From Acaryochloris marina S15 (GTDB lineage: Bacteria; Cyanobacteriota; Cyanobacteriia; Thermosynechococcales; Thermosynechococcaceae), in assembly GCF_018336915.1 (NCBI RefSeq), contig NZ_CP064925.1:60001-92000 (forward strand): DNA of 32,000 bases, read 5' to 3'. The stretch's first letter is position 1. The number at the start of each line of letters is the position of its first letter. Made by a program: the position numbers and the translations under genes. This document shows, piece by piece, positions 22,459-30,290 of this stretch. The notes beneath the pieces were generated by a model. The model was not told the origin of the DNA, did no database searches, and was given only the letters and a program-made list of their open reading frames with translations.

Positions 22459-25400
22459 ATGAAACAGAAATTACTTGCATTTTTCCTGGCTAGCCTGCCC
22501 ACCTTGACGCAGATAGCCCCCGTCCTAGCCCAGCAGCAACAGACGGCTGCACTCAGCCCGGATACTCCAGTCAATTTACCGGGCCTCTACTATGACCCTG
22601 ACCCTGGACCCTCCCCGACATTCCAGCAGCTCACGAGTGCAGAGCAAGCGGGATTTGTTGAAATCCCACCCTTACCTAATGGGGTGCAGCTTCCCTACCA
22701 GATTGATCGGGCATGGCCCCAGGGGGCAACTCCTGACCAAATCCTCAAATTTGGAGACTTGCAGCAGAACCCTGTCACGGCTGGGTTTACCAAGCTCACC
22801 TTGAGAGATATTTCCGCTCAGCAAGGGACAAATATCGCTGGGGTGCCCATTGGAGATGTGCCCCTCGTTTATGGCCTGACGGTTGATGAAGTCGATAACC
22901 TCTACACCAAGCTCAACAATGGCGAGAAAGTCACCGTTGATGATGCCGCCCCTGCCATTCAAGCAGCATTAGGAGTGTTGCATGACCCGTCTCAAGCAGG
23001 GAAGCACCTTCAGCAAGCGGCATTGACCACGGGCCAGAAAGAGCTGATTACCAAGCTCAGTAGGGTTCCCGCTCTCAAGGGCATTCCTCTCCAAGACCTA
23101 GCACGGGGTAACTGGCAGGGGGTAATCTCAAAGGCTGAGCAGATTGAATTAGCGGGCATTGGTAAGACGATTGGTCCCACCCTCAAGAAGCTGCCCGTCA
23201 ATCAGATTGTCCCTCTCGTCGGTGATGTGATTAATGGCAACTGGCAACAAGTCCGACAGCGGGCACAAGCTTACGTTCTGGCAAAAGGGACAAATATTGC
23301 CGTCAAGGAAGTGATCAAGGCTGTCCCAGAACTGAAAGATTTACCCTTGGGCGCGGTTCCCGATCTCGTCAATCAGCCCATTGAACAGACCCTACCCAAG
23401 ATTGCGGACTTGGCGATTGAGGAAATACCTGGGGTAGAGGATGAACTGATCAACTCCGTTCCGGGTCTGTCTGAGATTCCCGTCAACAAGCTGCCCTTTG
23501 ACCTGGCCTTTAGCTTCCTTGCTGGAGACTTATTTGCGAGGTTTGATATCGCCTATAGCGGTGTAGAAGGGCCAGAGGAGCCATCCGTTCAACATGCCTT
23601 ATCGGGTGGCAGTGAAGACCAGAAGTTTAGACCGATTAAATGCACCCTTGGCAAAACCAAAAACCAGAGAGCAGACAACTGTCCTCACTTTGAGATGCGG
23701 AAGTTTATTAGCTCTCCTCTCGCCCAAGTGACGGGGGATGATGATATTGAAGGTAAGCAATGGGTACAGGGGCACTCCAAGGGCAAGAACGGTCAAGGCG
23801 TGAAGGGTGGTAAGGGACTCATGAAGTGGGTGAATGGGGGTTGGGAACCCGCAGGCATCCATCCCTTTGGTACAGGTTCTCACACCAAGTTTGTGTTGAA
23901 GAATATTAAGGAATACCCTGATAAGCCCAGCACGGCGAGGCTGCATCTTGCCATCCAGTTCTGCTACTCCATCCCGATTCTGGGAGAGCAGTGTACCCCC
24001 CACTTCATTGTGATCCCCACTCCTTTTACCGTCCGGGAAGGGGGCTTGTTTCTAGTGGCGAGTCGAAGGAGTCTGCCTGCTGAGATTGCCAAGTTTAGAG
24101 ACCGGGCATTGACGGCTGCGGGCCTCAGTCAGGTGTATTGCGACCCCAATCAGCTTATTGCCTCGACGGGTCAAAGTGATGTCTCTCCATCAGATTCAAA
24201 ATATGGTCACCTTGCCTATGATGAGACCACAGGACAGCTCGTGAATGTAACCTCGGTCGATGGAGTACAGGAAACCCTAGCCCCAGATGCAGCCCAAGCC
24301 TTTGAGCAACTGAGAGCCGATGCGGCGGCTCAAGGGTTGGATATTAAAGCAGTATCAGGCTTCCGATCCGTGTCTGTTCAGCAGTCTATTTGGGATGATA
24401 AGGTGGCGAGTGCTTCTCCTGAAGTGGTTGCTAAGACTTCAGCTCCTCCCGGTCATTCAGAGCATCACACGGGTCTAGCGGTGGATGTGGGCAATAACCA
24501 GAATGCGGGTCTGAATGAGTCTTGGGCACAGACACCTGAATATGCCTGGATGGAGCAGAATGCTGAAAAGTATGGATTTGAGTTGTCATTCCCTAAAGGA
24601 AATAGTCAGGGAGTGAGCTATGAGCCTTGGCATTGGCGGTTTGTGGGGTCGAGTCAGGCTCAACAGACCTTTGCGAATGCTGCTGGGAGTCAGAATAAAG
24701 GTACTACTGCGTCATCTAATGGAGTCCTTCAACCGATTGATGGGGCGTCAGGTGCGCCGCAACTGAAGGGTATACCGGGTCAGCCAGGTGCTGTAAGTAG
24801 GCAGAATAGCTCTACTTCAACCCCCGCCGATCCTGACCATAATCTCAGGCAGTATCTCGCCCGCATCAGAATTGGAGAGAGTACTGACGGGACCAATTGG
24901 AGACCCCATCCTGAAACGGGTGCTTATGGAATTTATCAGTTCACTCCAGAGTCTAGAACTAGTCTTCTGCAACGAACAGGAATAGATGGCTGGACACGAG
25001 ACCGAGCGGTTGCGGCTCAAGCAGCGGTGGAGTGGATCAAGATTATTGGTGCTGAGAAGAATGTGGATCTGATGGCTGCGATTCAGAGAGGGGATTTTGC
25101 CTTGGCGGATCGGGTGTTAGCTCCTTGGCAATGGACCTCGTTGCCGGGTGGACCTGAACAAAGTGAAGTGTGGAGCAATCCAGCGAATTTTGAGAAATAT
25201 GGTCCGACTGGGGATGCTTCCACGAATGAGCCTGTTGGTGTGGCGTCTAGTGGGTTGCCTTGCAGGCCGTCACAGGTGGCTGGGGTGCCTGGAGTTCTTA
25301 CGCCAGAAGGAGATGGGGTTGCGACAGGGTCATTATCTAATCCCCTCCCAGGTTATTCAACTACTAGTGAGTATGGTTACAGAACTCACCCAGTTACTGG

Positions 25401-25746
25401 TGTTCAGGGCAGTTTCCATGCAGGGATAGATATTGGTGCCCCACCTGGAACACCTGTAAACGCGGCTGATGGGGGAACTGTTGATTACGCAGGCTACCAT
25501 CCGGGTGGGCATGGAAATCTAGTTGTGATTTACCATGGAAATGGTTTAGCAACTTGGTATGCTCACAATTCTGCTATTAATGTACGTGTAGGTCAAAATG
25601 TAACTACCGGAGACAAATTAGCTGAGGTTGGCAGTACAGGTACATCTACAGGTCCACATCTGGATTTTGGTGTTCGAACTGGTTACATTCCTGGTCAGCC
25701 CTATTCAGGACAACATCATAACCCTCGTAATTTCGTTAATTTTTGA
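22459..25746 (+). CDS. Secreted multidomain peptidoglycan hydrolase: unknown ~570-aa N-region + M15B/VanY-type carboxypeptidase + SLT/lysozyme-like + M23/LytM endopeptidase
   Basis: ATG 22459 gives the signal peptide MKQKLLAFFLASLPTLTQIAPVLA|QQ (the track start at 22381 adds 26 non-signal residues). M15B: SGFRSVSVQQSIW...PPGHSEHHTGLAVDVG...KYGFELSFP...YEPWHWRFVG. SLT-like: IRIGESTDG...GAYGIYQFTPESR. M23: HAGIDIGAPPGTPVNAADGGTVDYAG...GNLVVIYHGNGLATWYAHNS...GSTGTSTGPHLDFG. Confidence 0.85.
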   Translation: MKQKLLAFFLASLPTLTQIAPVLAQQQQTAALSPDTPVNLPGLYYDPDPGPSPTFQQLTSAEQAGFVEIPPLPNGVQLPYQIDRAWPQGATPDQILKFGDLQQNPVTAGFTKLTLRDISAQQGTNIAGVPIGDVPLVYGLTVDEVDNLYTKLNNGEKVTVDDAAPAIQAALGVLHDPSQAGKHLQQAALTTGQKELITKLSRVPALKGIPLQDLARGNWQGVISKAEQIELAGIGKTIGPTLKKLPVNQIVPLVGDVINGNWQQVRQRAQAYVLAKGTNIAVKEVIKAVPELKDLPLGAVPDLVNQPIEQTLPKIADLAIEEIPGVEDELINSVPGLSEIPVNKLPFDLAFSFLAGDLFARFDIAYSGVEGPEEPSVQHALSGGSEDQKFRPIKCTLGKTKNQRADNCPHFEMRKFISSPLAQVTGDDDIEGKQWVQGHSKGKNGQGVKGGKGLMKWVNGGWEPAGIHPFGTGSHTKFVLKNIKEYPDKPSTARLHLAIQFCYSIPILGEQCTPHFIVIPTPFTVREGGLFLVASRRSLPAEIAKFRDRALTAAGLSQVYCDPNQLIASTGQSDVSPSDSKYGHLAYDETTGQLVNVTSVDGVQETLAPDAAQAFEQLRADAAAQGLDIKAVSGFRSVSVQQSIWDDKVASASPEVVAKTSAPPGHSEHHTGLAVDVGNNQNAGLNESWAQTPEYAWMEQNAEKYGFELSFPKGNSQGVSYEPWHWRFVGSSQAQQTFANAAGSQNKGTTASSNGVLQPIDGASGAPQLKGIPGQPGAVSRQNSSTSTPADPDHNLRQYLARIRIGESTDGTNWRPHPETGAYGIYQFTPESRTSLLQRTGIDGWTRDRAVAAQAAVEWIKIIGAEKNVDLMAAIQRGDFALADRVLAPWQWTSLPGGPEQSEVWSNPANFEKYGPTGDASTNEPVGVASSGLPCRPSQVAGVPGVLTPEGDGVATGSLSNPLPGYSTTSEYGYRTHPVTGVQGSFHAGIDIGAPPGTPVNAADGGTVDYAGYHPGGHGNLVVIYHGNGLATWYAHNSAINVRVGQNVTTGDKLAEVGSTGTSTGPHLDFGVRTGYIPGQPYSGQHHNPRNFVNF

Positions 25747-25756
25747 GGTAATAGAT

Positions 25757-26113
25757 ATGTTTAAGAGGTTAATCGTTGTCTTCCCACTAATGACTTTGTT
25801 TTTTCCATTACCTGCTCGTGCAGATATGGAAAGTTGTTTTAATAGGCATCTTCAGACTTCCTTAAAAACGTTCCCCATAAAATCTGCTAAACATCAGGCC
25901 ACTGTCGAACATAATGGCCTCCGCTATCACTGGTTACATGTGTATACGAGTGATACTCGTTATCCTTTGGGTGAAGCTGTTGTTGCTGAATCTTCTAATG
26001 TCTGTCAGCTTCCTGTGTTTGACGTGACAGGTAATATTCAGGATTACAATCCGTATCTTGGAGCGGAGGTTGTAGGTAAGTTCAAGAAGCAATTTGCAAA
26101 GCAACAACGCTAA
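25757..26113 (+). CDS. Small secreted protein (118 aa), unknown function
   Basis: GAGGT 7 nt upstream of ATG 25757 (the track ORF starts earlier and overlaps the hydrolase). Signal peptide MFKRLIVVFPLMTLFFPLPARA|DM. AT-rich like the preceding M23 segment. Confidence 0.55.
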   Translation: MFKRLIVVFPLMTLFFPLPARADMESCFNRHLQTSLKTFPIKSAKHQATVEHNGLRYHWLHVYTSDTRYPLGEAVVAESSNVCQLPVFDVTGNIQDYNPYLGAEVVGKFKKQFAKQQR

Positions 26114-26207
26114 ATTAGCTTTTCGCTCTATCACCTCCCTGTTTTCAGTAGAAGTTATTACAAGGGCTTCTATCTCCTTTACGAAACACTACTTCCAAAT
26201 CCAATCC

Positions 26208-26224
26208 AGATTGAGGCTCAATCT
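26208..26224. promoter_or_regulatory. 17-bp perfect palindrome AGATTGAG-G-CTCAATCT (operator-like)
   Basis: Read directly. The 8-bp arms are exact reverse complements around a central G. It lies in the 228-bp gap upstream of the coupling-protein gene. Confidence 0.3.
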
Positions 26225-26301
26225 CTTGAGCAGACCGAGAGACTTCAGTCTGCTTGGTTGATAAGCACTCACCTGCCCCACCAACCCACCCTAAAATTGC
26301 A

Positions 26302-26319
26302 TGGCGGTACATTACTACG
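26302..26319 (+). repeat. 18-nt box TGGCGGTACATTACTACG, copy 1 (22 nt upstream of the T4CP start)
   Basis: Identical to 28439-28456. Contains TACATT, which fits the TAnnnT -10 pattern. Confidence 0.85.
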
Positions 26320-26341
26320 TACCTAAATTGCGGTAAGCAAC

Positions 26342-28060
26342 ATGCAAACCCAAACAAATCAACCTCAACCCACACAGCCCCCTGTGGATCTGGGTCCGTT
26401 GTTGAGCAGTCCCTTGCCCTGGCTCTTGGGCATGATCGGGTTTCTCCTTCTGCTTGCGACCATCCTTGACAGCAAGAATGGACATGGACGGAGTAAACGC
26501 GATGCCCGATTTGCCACCCCTGGAGAGATTCGTAAAGCTCGAAGGCGAGGGCTAAAACAGATCCGAGATGCCACAGTAGATGGATGCTCCTTGAGCCTGG
26601 GGAGTGATCGCAAGCTCATCCTCACGGACTGCCAGCCTGGAATTAGCGTGATTGGCGCGAGTGGCTATGGCAAGACTAAAAGTGTCGTTGATAATTGTAT
26701 TGACGATATCCTTCGACAAGGCTTTACAGGCATCATCTACGACATCAAAGGGAGTCTACAAAAGCGACATGCAGCCCTGGCCCATCGATTGGGTTATCAG
26801 CAGTATTTTTTCTGCCCTGGCAAAGCTCACACGGATAGCCTCAATCTCCTAGACTTCATCCCAGAACGGGGTGGCTCAAAAGAAGCCCTGGAACTCGCTA
26901 AGACCATCAACGCCAACTTTGAAGTACCGGGAAGTCGCAAAGATGGGTTCTTTGGTCCCCAAGGGGATAGCTTACTCAAGACCGTCTTCCTTCTTGCCAA
27001 AAGCCATGTCTATCAAGATCTGGTATCTGCCTGGGGGTTCTTGAGTTTAGAAGACCTTCCCCAACGTCTACTCGCAGCCCACCAGTATGGTCAATTTGAC
27101 TTAGGGGGTGACTTAGACTTTTGGGCTAACCAAGCGGCACTGGGTTTAAGGTCCGTCTCCAAAGCAGAGAAAACCGCTGGGGGGATTGTGGGCACAGCGG
27201 TCACGAACTTCCAAGCGCTAATGGATGCCAGTGTCATCCCCTCTATTACCAGCTCCACGATTCCCTTGGACCTCCCTGGTAAACAGATCGTATGGGTGCA
27301 AATTGATGAGAACGCTGAGAGTACGACCTCGCCCTTATGTGCCGCAGTCATTCATATGTTGATGCGGCACAACCTGAACGCAGAAGTGAGTCGAGATCGG
27401 CCCTTGTTTTTGTGTTTGGATGAATTCACCTCGATCCGTTTGCCAGATATTGAGCGGTGGATAAACCTATACCGAGAGTATGGAATGTGTTGTCTACTGT
27501 CTTATCAGAGTGATGCCCAAATCAACTTGAGGTATACAAGGGACCATGCCATGTCAATTCTCAGTTCCCTTGGCACGAGAATCCACTTTCGCACAGGCCA
27601 TCATTCCACTGATAAGAGCTTGAGCGACTCCCTAGGGACATTCACGGAAATCTACAAGACCCGCTCTACGGGGCATAACAGTCGTTCAGGCAGCAGTCGC
27701 AACCGCTCCGAGCAGCATCGCAAAGTCCCACTTATCACAGCGGACGAGATTGATACCTTTGAACCTGGAGAATGCCTGATCCAATCCCCAGGCTGGAAGC
27801 AACGGGCACATCGCCTGAAAGTTCCACTCAACAAAACCGATGAAGCCTTGAGAGAAGAGAATAAAGCGCTTTGGTACTCTCACATCCACCCGTTTCTGCT
27901 GTACTGTCGCCAGTCGAGAGATCTAGGCATCACACCAGAATACGTTGTCAGTGAACGTGCGGACATTGCAGAGTCGATGTTACCTACGGGGGCTGAGTTA
28001 GAGAAGCTCCATAAATCGGAAACTCTGAGCGAACGGAAAGCAGCAGTAGATTCTGTATAA
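26342..28060 (+). CDS. virD4: Type IV coupling protein (VirD4/TraG family)
   Basis: 572-aa ORF. N-terminal TM segment LGPLLSSPLPWLLGMIGFLLLLATIL; Walker A VIGASGYGKTKSVV; Walker B PLFLCLDEFTSI. Length and layout are typical of the TraG/VirD4 family. Confidence 0.85.
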   Translation: MQTQTNQPQPTQPPVDLGPLLSSPLPWLLGMIGFLLLLATILDSKNGHGRSKRDARFATPGEIRKARRRGLKQIRDATVDGCSLSLGSDRKLILTDCQPGISVIGASGYGKTKSVVDNCIDDILRQGFTGIIYDIKGSLQKRHAALAHRLGYQQYFFCPGKAHTDSLNLLDFIPERGGSKEALELAKTINANFEVPGSRKDGFFGPQGDSLLKTVFLLAKSHVYQDLVSAWGFLSLEDLPQRLLAAHQYGQFDLGGDLDFWANQAALGLRSVSKAEKTAGGIVGTAVTNFQALMDASVIPSITSSTIPLDLPGKQIVWVQIDENAESTTSPLCAAVIHMLMRHNLNAEVSRDRPLFLCLDEFTSIRLPDIERWINLYREYGMCCLLSYQSDAQINLRYTRDHAMSILSSLGTRIHFRTGHHSTDKSLSDSLGTFTEIYKTRSTGHNSRSGSSRNRSEQHRKVPLITADEIDTFEPGECLIQSPGWKQRAHRLKVPLNKTDEALREENKALWYSHIHPFLLYCRQSRDLGITPEYVVSERADIAESMLPTGAELEKLHKSETLSERKAAVDSV

Positions 28061-28080
28061 CTTAAACGAGGAAGATAGCC

Positions 28081-28437
28081 ATGTCATCATCAGACGACCA
28101 AGATTTCAGAGAAATGCTGGGGGCAAGTAAAGAACTCACGCAAGCCATACTCAGCAGGGCAATCCAATCCAACTTTTTGAGACCCCCCAATGTGACCGCA
28201 ACCTTTAAGCAAGCGGTGCAAGTGGCAAAGGAAGGTCAACAGCGAGGTTTCAGCCCAAAAGAACTATCAGGGGCAATCAAGCAGACGGGGTTTCTCGATG
28301 CCGTTGAAGCTCAAGGGGGTGACGTTAAGAAAGCGGAGTCCTTAGTTGCGCGTAAGGCCCAGATTTCCAATGCCGTAGACCAGTTCCCCAGCTCACCCCA
28401 GCGGGATCCGAGTATCGATAGACAGCAAGAAAGATAG
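28081..28437 (+). CDS. Hypothetical protein (118 aa)
   Basis: GAGGAAG upstream of the ATG, 20 nt after the T4CP stop. Helical and charged. No family recognised. Confidence 0.6.
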   Translation: MSSSDDQDFREMLGASKELTQAILSRAIQSNFLRPPNVTATFKQAVQVAKEGQQRGFSPKELSGAIKQTGFLDAVEAQGGDVKKAESLVARKAQISNAVDQFPSSPQRDPSIDRQQER

Positions 28438-28438
28438 C

Positions 28439-28456
28439 TGGCGGTACATTACTACG
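28439..28456 (+). repeat. 18-nt box TGGCGGTACATTACTACG, copy 2 (35 nt upstream of the 508-aa gene start)
   Basis: Identical to 26302-26319. Begins 2 nt after the stop of the 118-aa gene. Confidence 0.85.
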
Positions 28457-28491
28457 GGCATCAAGAATGCTCCATAAGGAGGAAATAAATA

Positions 28492-30018
28492 ATGGAACAT
28501 GAAGATAACAATATCGTTGACCAAAAAGAGGCGACTGAGAAATCTAGTCCACCCATAAAGTATCAATATCACAACTTCATTGGCGACAAATACAGAGAAC
28601 TTCAGGAGAAAGAACAACTCTATTTTGAGGGTGCCCCATTAGCGTGGGTCGCCAAGAAGGGAATCCAGATTGCAGCGCTTCCAGGAGTGGCCTTTGCTGC
28701 GACCCATGCCCCGATTGTGGGTCCAGTGGTTGCGGGTGCAATATCCCAAACCACTCATCTGATGCATTCGGGGATTCATGGGATACGTGCTGATCAGATA
28801 GCCAAAAACTTTACAGATCTAGCTAGTCAAGTTCCACATGGTTGGGGTCGGCAAAGTGCATTTGATGCCTGGGCGAAAGTCAGAACCGCTGACATGTTGG
28901 CGAAGACGGATGCGTGGGCACGACCGTTGAGCGGGATTGTCGCTCCTTCCATGATCGGCAAGGGCTTGATCGACTCAGGCAAGCTGGCGGTGGGCTATTT
29001 AGCCAAAGGCATTCCAGTCGTAGTGGCCCGCCCCGTGGTTCACATGTGGAAGATGACCAACCACTATATTGACCGCACCAAGACTTGGCTGGCCGAGATG
29101 CAGCAAAGTGTTCAGCAAAGCATTCAAAAACTACAAGGGAGACAGACAACAATGGCAGACACAATCAACCAAGCCCCCACAGCAATTGAGCCAGATATGG
29201 AGCGACGGGCTGAGTATGCAAGACTGCTGTCTGAATACCACAAAGATCCAGACCTCAGTAGCTATGAGCAGATTGAGCAAAATATCCAAGGCAAACCAGA
29301 ATTAGCCTTGATTTATGACGAGCATGTTGCTCACCAGGCATTGAGAGAAGGTAAAGATGTGGATGAGGCAACCGCCATCGTTGCTCAGGGTCCGAATGTG
29401 ACCGATATGTCAGATAAGAATCTTCAGGATGTCTCTCCGTATTTAGCGGATGCGACGAATACTGCCTTAGAGCAGTACAACTACGAGAACTCGTCTAAAG
29501 AAGCTGAGGATAGCTTATTAGAGGCGTTGTCTGGTTTAGACCAGCGGGGTGTGGATATCTCCAGGATGGCGGTCTTTTATAACAAAGAGCAAATCTTTGG
29601 GATGCGTGGAGGAGATATTGACCGCTCCGTCACCCAGATTAGTGACCAGCAAATGGAAGATATCAAAGAAGCATTAACGAATTTTAAGGATTTTGAAGGT
29701 GAATTCAAGATTAAAGTGGGAAGCAGAGTAGTATTACACCTAAAAGAAGGTCAGAAGCTCGTTGATACCTATAATCTTGCTCCTCAAGAGAAGCAACGTG
29801 CTGAAGGTGAATTTAAGACTAAAGACCAAGTTAAACAGGAGCAAGGAAAGCCCATCGATCCACGCATAGAGAAAGTAAAGCAGCAGGGGGGGAATGTGGA
29901 ACGTGCCGAGAAATATTTAAAGAGAGCCGAGCAGATTGCCAAGGCCGTTAGTAATGGTGTATCCCCCAAGCAGCCAGAGAAAGAGCCTGCCTTGGCCCAC
30001 AGTGAACCGGAACTATAG
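28492..30018 (+). CDS. Hypothetical protein (508 aa) with an N-terminal Gly/Ala-rich hydrophobic segment and a Lys/Glu-rich tail
   Basis: Strong AAGGAGG 9 nt upstream. Hydrophobic stretch IQIAALPGVAFAATHAPIVGPVVAGAISQ, then THLMHSGIHG. The C-terminus is KE-rich. No recognisable catalytic family. Confidence 0.7.
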   Translation: MEHEDNNIVDQKEATEKSSPPIKYQYHNFIGDKYRELQEKEQLYFEGAPLAWVAKKGIQIAALPGVAFAATHAPIVGPVVAGAISQTTHLMHSGIHGIRADQIAKNFTDLASQVPHGWGRQSAFDAWAKVRTADMLAKTDAWARPLSGIVAPSMIGKGLIDSGKLAVGYLAKGIPVVVARPVVHMWKMTNHYIDRTKTWLAEMQQSVQQSIQKLQGRQTTMADTINQAPTAIEPDMERRAEYARLLSEYHKDPDLSSYEQIEQNIQGKPELALIYDEHVAHQALREGKDVDEATAIVAQGPNVTDMSDKNLQDVSPYLADATNTALEQYNYENSSKEAEDSLLEALSGLDQRGVDISRMAVFYNKEQIFGMRGGDIDRSVTQISDQQMEDIKEALTNFKDFEGEFKIKVGSRVVLHLKEGQKLVDTYNLAPQEKQRAEGEFKTKDQVKQEQGKPIDPRIEKVKQQGGNVERAEKYLKRAEQIAKAVSNGVSPKQPEKEPALAHSEPEL

Positions 30019-30029
30019 GAGTTGCCATC

Positions 30030-30290
30030 ATGCGTAAGTTCACCCGAAAACATAGGTTTCCTACCCTGCGTAATTTTATCCGCAAATATGGACCTCCCAT
30101 CCTGTTGATAGGAATGGTTTATCTAGGGATCGAAGCATTTCATGCTTTTATCGACTATCTCAAGCGAACATGGGATGTAGGTGCATTGATCATGGCATGG
30201 GCTTGCGTTATCAGCTTGTTCCAAGGCACTTGGCGAATAACTTTGGGATTTTTGAGAGATTTTCGTAGTGTCCCGATTTATTCGCCATGA
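30030..30290 (+). CDS. Small two-TM membrane protein; native C-terminus replaced by IS256-derived codons
   Basis: AGGAG upstream. TM helices PPILLIGMVYLGIEAF and ALIMAWACVISLF. The last 8 codons (RSVPIYSP) are read from the IS left end. Removing the IS and one TSD copy restores ...FLRDFGDRD-stop. Confidence 0.55.
   Translation: MRKFTRKHRFPTLRNFIRKYGPPILLIGMVYLGIEAFHAFIDYLKRTWDVGALIMAWACVISLFQGTWRITLGFLRDFRSVPIYSP

Noticed and set aside
26145-26375. 76-aa minus-strand ORF in the gap upstream of the coupling-protein gene
   Set aside because: It has no RBS and runs antisense across the T4CP start codon and through the palindrome and 18-nt-box region. The translation (MWVEVDLFGFACCLPQFRYVV...) does not look protein-like. 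The region is better explained as regulatory DNA.
9159-30018. Weak shared ~25-aa pattern G-[YFK]-[SD]-x-x-[DE]...[ILV]...G-P in four ORFs
   Set aside because: The four segments are LCGYSKDDQINILLYGPYI (145 aa), RGFSPKELSGAIKQTGFL (118 aa), EGKDVDEATAIVAQGPNV (508 aa) and WGKSPEDAAKLANVSPDQ (C-terminus of the 692-codon ORF). The similarity was seen only by eye, in short helical and charged segments. It is reminiscent of helical modules attached to relaxases or polyvalent proteins, but I cannot support homology without profile-profile comparison.
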